Of a stretch of DNA of 64,000 nucleotides, positions 28,561 through 38,230 are shown one piece after another; position 1 is the stretch's first letter, and each line of letters opens with the position of its first letter. A program made the translations under genes and the position numbers. The stretch comes from a virus. Location of the stretch: positions 27,169 to 91,168 of the IMG/VR virus record IMGVR_UViG_3300037418_003060; one strand, 5' to 3'. A model generated the notes under the pieces. That model did no database searches and had not been told where the DNA came from. It worked only from the letters and a program-made list of their open reading frames with translations.

Positions 28561-28845
28561 ATGGAAAATAGACGACACAAAAGCTGCGTGATTGACCTGG
28601 GCGCGCCCTCCGACATGCAGGACGGCAGCTGCGCGGCGCTGCCGGTCATGGTCTCGGCCGATGAGTACGGCTACTGGGCGCACTCGTTCTGGATGCCAGA
28701 CGAGCACGAACTCGAGGCGCTGAATGCCGGCGGCAGCGTGGTGCTGCAGGTGCGTGTTGGGGGCACCCCGGGGCAGCTCCCCAATCTGAACGTCCACCCT
28801 GTGATCAGCCTGAGTGTCACCCCTGAACTGACGGAGCCGGCATGA
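28561..28845 (+). CDS. Hypothetical protein
   Basis: AAGGAG RBS; C..LPV...S.W.P...EL..LNAG phage motif. Confidence 0.7.
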   Translation: MENRRHKSCVIDLGAPSDMQDGSCAALPVMVSADEYGYWAHSFWMPDEHELEALNAGGSVVLQVRVGGTPGQLPNLNVHPVISLSVTPELTEPA

Positions 28846-29057
28846 GCGAAACCCTTGACGAAGCGTGGATCCGCGCCGACGTGTTCTGCCAGAAGTACCA
28901 GCAGGACCCCGGCACCGTGCGCAAGCGCGTACACGATGGTGTGTGGGAGCGTGGCGTGTTGTATTCGTGCCCGGACGGCGACACCGCCTACGTGCACGAA
29001 GCGCGCGCAGTCGCGTGGCTGCGCGAGCGTAACAAGCTGCCGGCGGAGCTGATGTGA
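28842..29057 (+). CDS. Excisionase-like winged-helix protein
   Basis: W...FC.......VRKRVHDGVW..GV.Y..PDG.....W pattern of lambdoid Xis-like proteins. Confidence 0.6.
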   Translation: MSETLDEAWIRADVFCQKYQQDPGTVRKRVHDGVWERGVLYSCPDGDTAYVHEARAVAWLRERNKLPAELM

Positions 29058-29239
29058 TGGCTAAGACCGAACGACCTCACGTGATTGCCTGCTCCGTGTT
29101 AGGCGGCCGCAGCCCGAAGACTGGCCTGCGTGTCGGCTCGCGCCACCGCTGGTCTGGAGGCGAATGGGGCAAGGGCCGCTGCGACTTCTGCGGCCGCAGC
29201 CTGGACCAGGTCCTTGACAAGCCAAAACCTCAGCAGTAA
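29057..29239 (+). CDS. Hypothetical protein (60 aa)
   Basis: GGAG RBS; C...H.W....CxxC. Confidence 0.55.
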   Translation: MAKTERPHVIACSVLGGRSPKTGLRVGSRHRWSGGEWGKGRCDFCGRSLDQVLDKPKPQQ

Positions 29240-29281
29240 CCTGTAGCTGTTCCTTTCAGGAATCCCTAGTTTTGGACTTCG

Positions 29282-29308
29282 GCCCGGCCTCGCGCTGGGC
29301 TTCTTTTT
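29282..29308 (+). terminator. Terminator at the convergence of the early and late blocks
   Basis: GCCCGGC-CTCGC-GCTGGGC followed by TTCTTTTT. Confidence 0.75.
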
Positions 29309-29310
29309 GC

Positions 29311-30270
29311 CTACACGGCCACGACCTGGCCGCGGAAGCACACCAGCCCCGCGTCCTCGTCGACCACCTCGAGCAGCTCTGGCGGCAGCAGCTTGCCGCG
29401 ATGGAAGGTGAGCACGGCGAAGCCGCTCCGGTGGTTGGCCGGGTTGTCCTCGCCGTAGGTGAACTGCTCGCCGTCGGGCGCGGCCAAGGTGCCGGTGTCG
29501 ACGGCATAGCGGGTGCCGTTGTAGTCGGTGAAGGGGCGCACCTGCAGCGCGTGCAGATGGCCAGTCACAATGTTCAGCCCGGACTTGAGCGCATTGTTGT
29601 AGGCGGCGTGTACGCCGTTGTGCCAGCGGTGCTTGATCATGACGTTGTCGTTGACCATCAGCGACATCGAGAATTTCCAGCCTGGGAAGTGGTCCTGCAG
29701 GTTGAAGCCGGCCACACCCTGGAACTCCGGCACCATGGCGGACAGCTTGGTGTTGAATCGCTGGTCGTGGTTGCCCCAGTTCCAATGCTTGGCGCCGTCC
29801 TTGAGCGCCTCGACGATCTCGGACTTGCGCTCCTTGACAGCCGCAAGTTCCTGGGCCACCGTGGGCTTGGCTTCCCACATGATACGCCCGTGTCGGCCGG
29901 CGGCCGCGCCGTCGAAGCTGTCACCGTTGGACACGTACAGAGCCGGCTTGAGCTCGCGGATCGCGACCACCAGCGCACGATGTGCGGTCGAAACTGTGCC
30001 TGGCCAGTAGTGTTCGTCCGAAGACACAATGACGACCCCGTTCTCGATGTCGGCATGGGTGCGCACCTGGTCGGCGCTGTAATGCATCCGCAGGGTCGGA
30101 CTGCGCGGGTCATCACAGGGCAGCTCGATGCCGCGCCGCGCCTCGATCGCACGCCGGCGCCGGTGGATCATGCGCAGGTCGACCGACAGGATGCGCGACA
30201 GCGCGGCAGCGGACTTGTGCGTGTGCCACAGGGCGATGAATTCCTCTTCGGTGCAGGCGGCGTTGTACAT
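29311..30270 (-). CDS. Calcineurin-like metallophosphoesterase with N-terminal HTH
   Basis: SDEH, GDSFD, GNHD, H, GHLH motifs. Confidence 0.88.
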   Translation of the reverse strand: MYNAACTEEEFIALWHTHKSAAALSRILSVDLRMIHRRRRAIEARRGIELPCDDPRSPTLRMHYSADQVRTHADIENGVVIVSSDEHYWPGTVSTAHRALVVAIRELKPALYVSNGDSFDGAAAGRHGRIMWEAKPTVAQELAAVKERKSEIVEALKDGAKHWNWGNHDQRFNTKLSAMVPEFQGVAGFNLQDHFPGWKFSMSLMVNDNVMIKHRWHNGVHAAYNNALKSGLNIVTGHLHALQVRPFTDYNGTRYAVDTGTLAAPDGEQFTYGEDNPANHRSGFAVLTFHRGKLLPPELLEVVDEDAGLVCFRGQVVAV

Positions 30271-30482
30271 CAGTTCGTCCTTCGCAGGTAGATCCTGCAG
30301 GAGGGGTCCGTGGCGCTGACGTCCGGCCGGATCGAGTACGGCTCGTCAGCGATCACGATGACAGCCGGCGGCGCGGCAAAGCAGCGACCCTTGCCGCCTT
30401 CCTTGTGCTCGAGGTAGTAGTGGCAGTTGCCGCAAAACGGCAAGCAGTCCGGTGGGAGTGTTGTCGTTTTGCGGGTTGCCAT
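30270..30482 (-). CDS. Small Cys-rich protein (70 aa)
   Basis: GGAG RBS; CGNC...GRC..PP...C. Confidence 0.65.
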   Translation of the reverse strand: MATRKTTTLPPDCLPFCGNCHYYLEHKEGGKGRCFAAPPAVIVIADEPYSIRPDVSATDPSCRIYLRRTN

Positions 30483-30491
30483 GGGAGGCTC

Positions 30492-30587
30492 CTAGCTGGC
30501 GGTCAGCCGGCCGTGCTGCATGCGCCAGGCGGCGCCGATGATGGCGCAGGCAAGGCTGACGGCGGCTGCGGATTTTTTCAGTCTCAT
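30492..30587 (-). CDS. 31-aa hydrophobic peptide
   Basis: GGAGG RBS; MRLKKSAAAVSLACAIIGAAWRMQHGRLTAS exactly fills the gap. Confidence 0.5.
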   Translation of the reverse strand: MRLKKSAAAVSLACAIIGAAWRMQHGRLTAS

Positions 30588-30598
30588 GGTTCCTCCGG

Positions 30599-30844
30599 TC
30601 AGTCCGGCGCTTCGGTGAAGGTGACGTAGTACTTCTTGCCGGGCTTGAAGAAGTCAGCTGCCGGGTAGCCCGGTGCGATGTTCATCCAGCACTCGCCTGA
30701 CGGTGTGGCGTCGCAGAAGTCCTTGTTCTCGCCCGTGTGGCTGTACACCGCGCCCAGATTCACCTTGTGCATCTGGTAGCTGCCTGCACCGGTGAGGGTT
30801 TGGGTGGTGTGGCACGCCATCTTCGCTACGACTTGCTCAATCAT
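30599..30844 (-). CDS. Hypothetical protein (81 aa)
   Basis: AAGGAG RBS; EN..F..ATPSG...M.I....A...F.PGK.YYV.F conserved-looking motif. Confidence 0.75.
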   Translation of the reverse strand: MIEQVVAKMACHTTQTLTGAGSYQMHKVNLGAVYSHTGENKDFCDATPSGECWMNIAPGYPAADFFKPGKKYYVTFTEAPD

Positions 30845-31451
30845 GCTTCTCTCCTTGTAGTGCCTCGATTGAGGCGTTCAGGGAGCTGTTGTCTTGCGGG
30901 TCTTTCGGCTCCGGGTGGTACCAATCTCCGGCCTTGCCGTTGATGGCTATTTGCTGGTCGGCGTAGAACTCGCGCCAGCCGAGGGCTTGCTCGCGCCAGA
31001 TGCGGCATCTGGTGGCGTTGTCGGATTCGTTCGCGGCGACGACGCTGGGCGGAACGGAGCTTGGTTCTTTGTCAGAATCAGTGGCGGGTCCAACAGGGGC
31101 GCCTGTCCACGCGGCGTCGAGGATGCGCACGAAGCCAGCAGGCAGAGGCAGGCGACGGTCAAGGTCAGGCGGCAGCACTTCAGGGATTTGGCTGGCATTC
31201 TGCTCTCCTTGGTCATGGATTTTCTGGATGCGGTCGCGGTACTTGGTTTCGGTCTTGGTGACCGTCTGCACCTCATGCTTTACGATGGTCACGGTCTGTG
31301 CGGCCTGCTTGCCGATGTAGTCGGCCAGTTCGTGCTGACCGTGCTCCAGGCCCCTGATGTAGGTGAACGTGCCGAAAGCGGCCGTCAGCAAGCCGATGGC
31401 GAGCCACCGGCCCAGAGGCGGGATGGCGGCGTTGGTCAGCGCGGCCCACAT
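30837..31451 (-). CDS. Rz: Inner-membrane spanin (Rz-like)
   Basis: N-terminal TM followed by a helical periplasmic domain; in the lysis cassette; contains an embedded lipoprotein ORF. Confidence 0.8.
   Translation of the reverse strand: MWAALTNAAIPPLGRWLAIGLLTAAFGTFTYIRGLEHGQHELADYIGKQAAQTVTIVKHEVQTVTKTETKYRDRIQKIHDQGEQNASQIPEVLPPDLDRRLPLPAGFVRILDAAWTGAPVGPATDSDKEPSSVPPSVVAANESDNATRCRIWREQALGWREFYADQQIAINGKAGDWYHPEPKDPQDNSSLNASIEALQGEKHD
30947..31198 (-). CDS. Rz1: Embedded outer-membrane spanin lipoprotein (Rz1-like)
   Basis: Alternative frame inside Rz; AAGGAG RBS; signal peptide with lipobox LLASC; Pro-rich mature part. Confidence 0.8.
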   Translation of the reverse strand: MPAKSLKCCRLTLTVACLCLLASCASSTPRGQAPLLDPPLILTKNQAPFRPASSPRTNPTTPPDAASGASKPSAGASSTPTSK

Positions 31452-31453
31452 GG

Positions 31454-31744
31454 TCAGTCCAATTTCGAATACTTCAGCGACCAGTTCCACGCCACGATGC
31501 CGGCGTAGACCGCGCACAGCAGAAACAGCAGGTCCAGGTGCTCGAGCAGGAAGCACCAGGCCAGGACCACGAAGACGATCTTGGGCAGAACCAGGCCCGC
31601 TTTCAGGCCGAGGTGGGCGATCAACCACCCGATGACCCGGTTGCGCTCACGCCCGAGGCCGGACGTGATCAGGCGGTACGTGGTCATGACGTCAAGTGCC
31701 TGCAGCAGGACGAGAACGGCGAAGGCGGCGTAATTGAGCAGCAT
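31454..31744 (-). CDS. Membrane protein (DUF5658-like)
   Basis: Three hydrophobic segments; LDVMTT...G.ERN motif. Confidence 0.7.
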   Translation of the reverse strand: MLLNYAAFAVLVLLQALDVMTTYRLITSGLGRERNRVIGWLIAHLGLKAGLVLPKIVFVVLAWCFLLEHLDLLFLLCAVYAGIVAWNWSLKYSKLD

Positions 31745-31755
31745 GGCGGATCCTT

Positions 31756-32403
31756 TCAGGCGAAGACTTTCATGGCAGCATTGGTCAGGGCCACACGCTC
31801 TTCCAGACCCAGCATGGCAGGGCCGTTGACCACCTCGGTGATGGCAGAGATCTTGCCGGCGTTGGCCAGCGTGTTCAGGCTCTTGCCGGTCTTGTTCCCT
31901 TCGGCCCAGAACCAGGCGGCGGCAAGGAAGCCGTATTCCGGCTGCGCGACGAGATCAGGGTTCTTCAGTAGATCCACGCCGAGCGCGGCGCCGCAACGGC
32001 GGTAATTGTCGCGCCCAGTCAGCTGGATCGGGCCGCGGCCGCGGTAGCGCCAGCCGTCGCCCGAGTGAACGTCGCCGTTGCCGTTCTTGCCAGCGTAGGC
32101 GATGTTGGCGATGCCTTCGCAATCGGCATTCTGCTTGCCGGGCACGAATCCCAGGCGGGCGGCCTGCTCAGGCGTGAAGCGGCCGCGGAAAGTGGCCATC
32201 AGCGCCTGCGGGCGGTAGTTCAGGTTTTCCTGCATCACGCGCAGCCCTTGCGACTCGTGCAGCAGCTGGCCAAGGAAGCAGGCCTGCTCGGCCGGCGCGG
32301 TGATGGGGAAGCGCTGCATCGCGGCGGTGATCAGCGGCGCGTAGCGCGCTGCCAGATCGGCCGGGATGCTGGGCGAGATGTCACGGAGCTGGCTGGCCTG
32401 CAT
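31756..32403 (-). CDS. Endolysin, glycoside hydrolase family 19
   Basis: [39 protein letters not shown]. Confidence 0.95.
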   Translation of the reverse strand: MQASQLRDISPSIPADLAARYAPLITAAMQRFPITAPAEQACFLGQLLHESQGLRVMQENLNYRPQALMATFRGRFTPEQAARLGFVPGKQNADCEGIANIAYAGKNGNGDVHSGDGWRYRGRGPIQLTGRDNYRRCGAALGVDLLKNPDLVAQPEYGFLAAAWFWAEGNKTGKSLNTLANAGKISAITEVVNGPAMLGLEERVALTNAAMKVFA

Positions 32404-32665
32404 CGCTGCTCTCCTTTTCTGCCGCCTGGGCGGCCTTTTTCACGGCGCGGTGCGCGGCGAGGAATCCGAACGCCAGGCTGGCCGCGACGATGGCGCCGCC
32501 GAAAGCCTTGTAGATGTTGTCCGGCAGGTACGGCTGCAGCTCGTCCAGGTGCCTTTTCACGTAATCGACAATGTCGTCCGCGAAGGGGTACAGGGCAAGT
32601 AGCGAGGCCTCGATCCAGCGCCGGAGTTTGCGGGCTTCAGCCTGCAGTGTCGCTTTTAGGTACAT
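32381..32665 (-). CDS. Holin-like membrane protein
   Basis: Hydrophobic segments; immediately upstream of the endolysin. Confidence 0.55.
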   Translation of the reverse strand: MYLKATLQAEARKLRRWIEASLLALYPFADDIVDYVKRHLDELQPYLPDNIYKAFGGAIVAASLAFGFLAAHRAVKKAAQAAEKESSDAGQPAP

Positions 32666-32861
32666 TGCTTTTATCCCTTTCGGCCGCCTTCAGGCGATCC
32701 ATTTTGGCCATCCTGTGCCACTGCCAGACGATGAATGCGATCGACACCGCGGCTGCGATCGAAGGCAGCTTTTCGAACACCCAGGCGACCACGACACCGA
32801 CCGGGGCCACGATGGACACTACGGAGAGAGCGGCATCTGCCACGTGGCTGTGCGTAGTCAT
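32637..32861 (-). CDS. Holin (two TM segments, charged C-terminus)
   Basis: AAGGA RBS at MTTH; two hydrophobic helices and a charged tail; first gene of the lysis cassette. Confidence 0.6.
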   Translation of the reverse strand: MTTHSHVADAALSVVSIVAPVGVVVAWVFEKLPSIAAAVSIAFIVWQWHRMAKMDRLKAAERDKSNVPKSDTAG

Positions 32862-32899
32862 GGGCTTCCTTGTGTCCGTAGAGAAATTTAACATGGGCA

Positions 32900-32928
32900 A
32901 TTCTAGCTATTGATTGAAAGCAAGTCCA
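32900..32928 (-). promoter_or_regulatory. Lysis cassette promoter
   Basis: TGGACT-N17-TAGAAT on the - strand in an AT-rich gap. Confidence 0.5.
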
Positions 32929-32955
32929 CAGAAATATTTGACTTGTCGCAACAGG

Positions 32956-34320
32956 TCATACCAGCTTTACGCGCACATTGGCGCGGTCGTCTTCCAGGAT
33001 GTTTTGCACGATGCCGACGGCGCGCCGGTACTGTGCGAACGTGATGTCGGCGTCGTTCACGAGGACGGCGCCGATGCCGTCGCCGTCCTGCACCGGCACC
33101 ACGTACTGGCCCGGCACCGCGCCGGTGATGTTGACCGGCACCTGGCCGCAGTAGGCGATGCGGTCGACCTTCTGGCGCGCCGCTTCGAGCGCCGCGTTGA
33201 AGGTGGCAAGGTCCTCCTGGTAGGCGGCCAGCGCGGCGTCGTAGGCCGCCTGGGCATCCTCGCAGGCAGTCGCGTAAGCCACCAGGTCGGCCTCGTACTG
33301 CGCGAGCGCGGCGTCACGCTCGGTCGTGCTCGCCTCGCCCTCGGCCAGGTCCGCCGGCTTTTCGCTGCCGGTGTAGGCTGGCACCTGCAGGTGCGGCTCG
33401 ACCGGGCGGGTGATGCCGAGCACCTGCTCGCTGCCCCACACGTCGCCGCCGACATACGACGGACTGGTCGACTTGACGAGAAACGACACGCTGGCGGCCC
33501 ACTTGTCGGTGAGCCTGCCATTGGCGTCGACGCCGACGATCTGGCCCTTGGCCAGGGTGGCACAGCCTTCTGCCTTGGTCATGTACTCGGCATAGTCGGC
33601 GCCGGAGGCATTGACCGTACCGGCCGCGTTGATCGAGCGGGAAGTGGTGCCGTCCTTGCCCGTCTTGAAGGCGGTATTTGCCGAGTTTGCCCCTGTGCCG
33701 GACACGGCGTAGAACAAGGTGCTGACGCCAGTGGCTCCCGACACATCGAGCACGGCGTTGCCGCCGTCGTTGACGGCGGCCTTCGAGAGCCTGTGATAGG
33801 TGGCTGAAGATGTGGTGCCTACCAGCAGATAGCCGTTGGAGTCGAACCTGCCGAACTCTGCAGCTACAGCGCCGGTGGAACCGGTGTTGGTGCGGCCGAA
33901 AATGAGCGCGCCGACACCATCCGAACCGATGCCAAGGCCCTGACCAGCTCCGGCGTGGTTGAAGATGTAGCGCAGCTGCGCAGTGCTGGAGTACCCCTGC
34001 AACCACACCGTGTCGTTCAGGGTAGCCCCGGTACTGCCGACTTCCCCGACCGACAGGCGAGCAGAGGCGCCGCTAGCTGCGGTGTTGATGCCGACATTGC
34101 CATTGACCTGCGCCCGCTCCACGCCGCCATTGGCAAGCACCACCTTGCCAGATACGCTGTTGATGGTGACCCCTGAAGCTGACACCATCAAGGTGGCGAT
34201 CGTCGTGCCGGCCGCATTTTTCAGCAAAATGCCGTCAGTCCCGTCGGCGGCGTTCTGCTGCGTGAACGATCCTAGAAAGGGGGTGGAGACCTGGTCCGAC
34301 GTGAGCTGGGTCTTAGCCAT
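32956..34320 (-). CDS. Tail fibre/spike with C-terminal autocleaving chaperone (peptidase G2/IMC-like)
   Basis: Gly/Thr-rich beta repeats (VGINT, GRFDSNGYLLVGTT); SGADYAEY...VDRIAYCGQVPV. Confidence 0.8.
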   Translation of the reverse strand: MAKTQLTSDQVSTPFLGSFTQQNAADGTDGILLKNAAGTTIATLMVSASGVTINSVSGKVVLANGGVERAQVNGNVGINTAASGASARLSVGEVGSTGATLNDTVWLQGYSSTAQLRYIFNHAGAGQGLGIGSDGVGALIFGRTNTGSTGAVAAEFGRFDSNGYLLVGTTSSATYHRLSKAAVNDGGNAVLDVSGATGVSTLFYAVSGTGANSANTAFKTGKDGTTSRSINAAGTVNASGADYAEYMTKAEGCATLAKGQIVGVDANGRLTDKWAASVSFLVKSTSPSYVGGDVWGSEQVLGITRPVEPHLQVPAYTGSEKPADLAEGEASTTERDAALAQYEADLVAYATACEDAQAAYDAALAAYQEDLATFNAALEAARQKVDRIAYCGQVPVNITGAVPGQYVVPVQDGDGIGAVLVNDADITFAQYRRAVGIVQNILEDDRANVRVKLV

Positions 34321-37300
34321 AACGTACTCCCATGATGCAGATGTTGGCGTTGTTCTTCGGCGCGCTGTTGAACGTCACCGACCACTGGTAGCCGTCAAAG
34401 CTGGTGGTGTAGTCGTAGCTGCTGCCCTCGCGCTGGAACAGGCCGTTCTGTACGGTGCGCGGCATGTACCCCTTCGGCAGGGAGAAGGTCGGGTTGGTCC
34501 CGTCGCCGGTGAACCAGAACGGGTAAGGCACAGATCCCTGCGCACGCTTGAAATCGTCTTTGCGGCGCAGCTCGTCGCGCAGCGTGATCGCGGGCTGCAC
34601 GAAGCGCGCCCCGGTGGAGCCGAACGTGATGTGCGTGCCGCCGCCGGCCACCACGCCCTGCCCGGTGCCGACCTGCGACGCAGCGCTCTCGACGCGCACG
34701 AGGTTGTGGTGCGTCGTGCGGCCCCAGCTGGTCTCAGCATGCCGAAGGTCGGTGCTTTCGTCATACCACTGGCCGACGATGGCGTTGCTGGTGCCGTCCA
34801 GCGTGATCTGCGCGCCCGGCTGGAACATCAGCACGTGGTCGCGGTAAATCGTGCCGAGTTGGTCGTTGCTCGGCGCTGTCGCCCCTGGCTTCGCCAGTGT
34901 CATCGCGGCATTTGCAGCACCATTCGCGCCGCTGACGTCCAGGTAGAAGCGCAGCACGGCGTTGGCATTGTTCAGCGAGCCAACGGCCGCGCGCGAGACC
35001 GGGGTCGCAAGGTCAACGCCATTTTGTCGGATGACGAGGCTTCCGCTGACCGAGCCAACAAACAGGCCAATCTTCCACGTGCCGTCATTGATCGCATTCG
35101 TGGTCGTGATGCTTGCGCTGTTGGTGCCATCGTTGACGGTGAACTTCAGCTTGCCGGTGGCGTCCACCACGCACGAGAAACGCGCGCCAGAATAGGCGCC
35201 GCCCGTATAGTAGCCGCGCTCGAACAGGGTCTCGACCGCCGTGTTCGTGCCTTGTTTTAGTTCCAGCATGATGCCGAAGTCGCCAGTGCCGTAGTCCTGG
35301 TCGGCACTGTACGGCTGTTCGATATACGAACCGGCGGCGGCGATGGAAAATGCTACAAGCTGCGCGCCGGTGGCGACGGCTGTCTTGTTGAAGCTGCCGT
35401 TGACTACCATGCCCTTGTTCTTGACGCTGCGGTCCGGCGTAGCAAGCTGCACGCTGATGTTGTCGAACGCTGCGACCGAACCGGTGACGTCCGGCCCGGT
35501 CGTGGTCAGGCCCGCCACTACCCAGTAGTTCGTCTGGGTCGCGGTGAACGTAAGCGGCGCGGACACCGGCGTTGTGCTGGCGGTGTTGACGTTTGCACTT
35601 GCAGACTGCCCGCTTGAGGTAGACGCGATACCGAGAATTGCGGTACCTGGCCCACTCACCATGCGCCCAGTCCCGGTCAGCACGTAAGTGCGGCCGACCG
35701 TCAGCGCGGGCAGTGCGTAGACGTCACGACCGAAGTTCTGCGTGGCGGTGACCTGCATCTCGCCGCTAACAACAGCAGCAGTCGCCGTAGTCGACCCGGA
35801 CACCCAGCCGGTGGTCGTGCCACTGGAGAAATCTCCGTTGGCAACAAGGTTGCCGCTGGCGGCGATGGTCTCCGCCACGGTATCGGCAAGGAAGCAGCCG
35901 CGAATATCGCCAACCATCCAGCCGGTGTTGTAGCCGGTGAAAAGGCCAGCGACCATCGTCTTGAGCGGGTTCGCCGGGTTTTCCTTCACCACCAGCAGGC
36001 CGTTACCGTTGCCCATCGCACCGTCCGCAGAAAACCGTGGCGTGCCGAGTGCCGCCAGGGTCGAGGGGATGCCCCCGTTGGTGTAGGTGGAGTTGGCGAA
36101 AGCGGCAGTGCCGTAGGCGCCCGCACGGACGTAGAAGTAGCGGGCATCTGCCGCCCGACCCCAAATCAGGTCACCACGCTGGTTGAACGCAATCTGATCG
36201 ACGGACGAGGTGAACGAGCTGTTCACCACCGTCCAATCATTCTTGACGACGCTGACGCCACCCGTCGTCGCCAGTGCGATTGTCGGCACAGGCAGGCCTG
36301 TTGCCGGATCGACCGGCGCGTCGGGCAGGACGGTGGCAGCGACGGCGTTACACAGCAAGGCGACGGGGGCATTACTGGAAACCTTGACGAACGTTTCTTC
36401 GGTATTGCGCAGCGCAAGGTTTGACGGTTTCTGAAAGGTGCCGGTATTGGTCGTGCCCTTGTACATCCTGGTGGCCGTGTCCTTGATAAAATCCAGCGTC
36501 CACAAGCCGGCAAACCACGAACCCGTGTCCGATGCACTGATCAGCACCTGCCCGTTGATATAGGTGACGCCTGTGATATTGCCGCCCGGAATAGCCTTGC
36601 TGCTCAGCTCGGAACTGCTGTGGCTGGTGAACACCATCCACATCGGGCATCCCGGCTTGGTGGCGTCGTAGACGACGACGCGCGATGCCTCGGCCGCGAC
36701 CAGCCCCAGCGCCGGGCGCTCGCGGTTGTTGCCGCGGAATACCTCAGTCTGCCCATAGGTGGCGTTCAGGCTGTAGAACTTGCCGTCCGTCGTGTTCTGA
36801 TAGAAGCTGCCGACCAGCGAGCTGTACGGGACGTACGGGGTGGCAAGGGTCGTGACCTGCTTCGCGCTCACGCTGTTCACCACCAGCGTATCGCCCGCCG
36901 CGAACACGTCCATGTGAACGTAGTGTGTGGTTGCCGTGGCGGTGAAAATAATCGTGTTGGCGCCGACCGCAGGGTTGATATTTGCCTGGAGCGATCCGTT
37001 CGGATCAGCGCTAGCGCTGACCCGCAGATAGCGGTTCGTCCCGGCATACGAGGCCACATTGACGTTGACGGCGTAAATCTGCCCCACCACGCACGTGATC
37101 GGAACGCTCGCCCCCTGTACGGTATTTACCGTTACGCCAGTGACAGTCAGGGCATTGCCTGCGACAGCAATGCCAGCACCGTTGGTAGCTGTGTACCCTG
37201 CCGTACCGTTGGTGAACCCGCCGTTCGCCACCAGCTCTGGCGAGCCGCTGTAGGTGGAAGACAGCACACCAACCTGGTTGAGCTTTACCTGGGAGATGAT

Positions 37301-38230
37301 CGCCGTGCCGGTGACCCCGGAATCGCGCAGCGGGTACACGAATACAGACGTGCATCCCGCAGGGGCGGTGAAGGTGACGGTAACCCGCGATGGGCCGCTT
37401 GCATTGGTTTGGCTATAGTAGGAGGTGGGCGCTACGATATTCGTCAGATTCGTATTGTCATATACCGAATACTTGAGGTCCGTCATCGTCCCGCGCTGCG
37501 CATCAAAGCTGAATGCGTAAATGCCCCCAGGAGTGACAGTAACTGTCTGGCGAATCGAGTGCGCCGTACTGCTGACCGTTACCGTGTCAGCAGTAGTCGT
37601 GCCATCCCGCGCGACATTCGTATTGGGGGTAACAGTGCAGAAGCCGAGCAGCCATACTGCATTGTCCAGCTGCTCTGGGTAAGTCAGCAAGTTGTCGCCG
37701 CGCGCCGCCAGCTCATTCGCCTTTTGCTGCAACCACGACCCGGTGCAGATCGGCTCGCTGTACCAGCTCGTGTACGCCTCGCGCTTGATCGACCCGCCGC
37801 CGTCGCTGTCGCGGCTCACGTCCATCAGGCAGGCAGCGACCACGTTGCCACTGTGGATGGTCTGCGCCATGGCGGCCAACATCTCGGTCGGGTTGGCGGC
37901 GACCTGCGAAGCCGTGATGACGGCATCGCGCGCCGACAGGGCCTGCAGGGCGCTGTTGGCGGACTGGGTCATGTAGCCCTGCACTGCCGTATTGACCCCC
38001 GCGATGGCGTTGGCGTTACCCTGCGCGCTGCTGGCCTGGGCGGTGGCGATGCCGGCCTGCGTGGTGGCAATGCCAGCCTGGGCAGTGGCGATGCCGGCCT
38101 GCGTGGTGGCAATGCCGGCCTGCGTCACCGAGTCCGTACCGGCCTGCACTGCGGCCGAGAACGACGCGTCCATCGCATTGAGCTGATCAAGGTAGTCGGT
38201 CTGGTACCGGTAAAAGCGTGGGGTGGTCAT
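34313..38230 (-). CDS. Tail fibre / receptor-binding protein (1305 aa)
   Basis: N-terminal heptad repeats; repeated (N/E)LVANG.F..G CBM-like modules; LamG-like C-terminal segment (INDGTW). Confidence 0.82.
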   Translation of the reverse strand: MTTPRFYRYQTDYLDQLNAMDASFSAAVQAGTDSVTQAGIATTQAGIATAQAGIATTQAGIATAQASSAQGNANAIAGVNTAVQGYMTQSANSALQALSARDAVITASQVAANPTEMLAAMAQTIHSGNVVAACLMDVSRDSDGGGSIKREAYTSWYSEPICTGSWLQQKANELAARGDNLLTYPEQLDNAVWLLGFCTVTPNTNVARDGTTTADTVTVSSTAHSIRQTVTVTPGGIYAFSFDAQRGTMTDLKYSVYDNTNLTNIVAPTSYYSQTNASGPSRVTVTFTAPAGCTSVFVYPLRDSGVTGTAIISQVKLNQVGVLSSTYSGSPELVANGGFTNGTAGYTATNGAGIAVAGNALTVTGVTVNTVQGASVPITCVVGQIYAVNVNVASYAGTNRYLRVSASADPNGSLQANINPAVGANTIIFTATATTHYVHMDVFAAGDTLVVNSVSAKQVTTLATPYVPYSSLVGSFYQNTTDGKFYSLNATYGQTEVFRGNNRERPALGLVAAEASRVVVYDATKPGCPMWMVFTSHSSSELSSKAIPGGNITGVTYINGQVLISASDTGSWFAGLWTLDFIKDTATRMYKGTTNTGTFQKPSNLALRNTEETFVKVSSNAPVALLCNAVAATVLPDAPVDPATGLPVPTIALATTGGVSVVKNDWTVVNSSFTSSVDQIAFNQRGDLIWGRAADARYFYVRAGAYGTAAFANSTYTNGGIPSTLAALGTPRFSADGAMGNGNGLLVVKENPANPLKTMVAGLFTGYNTGWMVGDIRGCFLADTVAETIAASGNLVANGDFSSGTTTGWVSGSTTATAAVVSGEMQVTATQNFGRDVYALPALTVGRTYVLTGTGRMVSGPGTAILGIASTSSGQSASANVNTASTTPVSAPLTFTATQTNYWVVAGLTTTGPDVTGSVAAFDNISVQLATPDRSVKNKGMVVNGSFNKTAVATGAQLVAFSIAAAGSYIEQPYSADQDYGTGDFGIMLELKQGTNTAVETLFERGYYTGGAYSGARFSCVVDATGKLKFTVNDGTNSASITTTNAINDGTWKIGLFVGSVSGSLVIRQNGVDLATPVSRAAVGSLNNANAVLRFYLDVSGANGAANAAMTLAKPGATAPSNDQLGTIYRDHVLMFQPGAQITLDGTSNAIVGQWYDESTDLRHAETSWGRTTHHNLVRVESAASQVGTGQGVVAGGGTHITFGSTGARFVQPAITLRDELRRKDDFKRAQGSVPYPFWFTGDGTNPTFSLPKGYMPRTVQNGLFQREGSSYDYTTSFDGYQWSVTFNSAPKNNANICIMGVRYG
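38034..38125 (-). repeat. 21-bp tandem repeat encoding (T/A)QAGIAT x4
   Basis: Directly visible in both DNA and protein. Confidence 0.9.

Noticed and set aside
32885-32912. dif-like site (ATGTTAAAT resembles the XerD arm)
   Set aside because: There is no matching XerC arm at the correct spacing; it is explained by the holin promoter and start.
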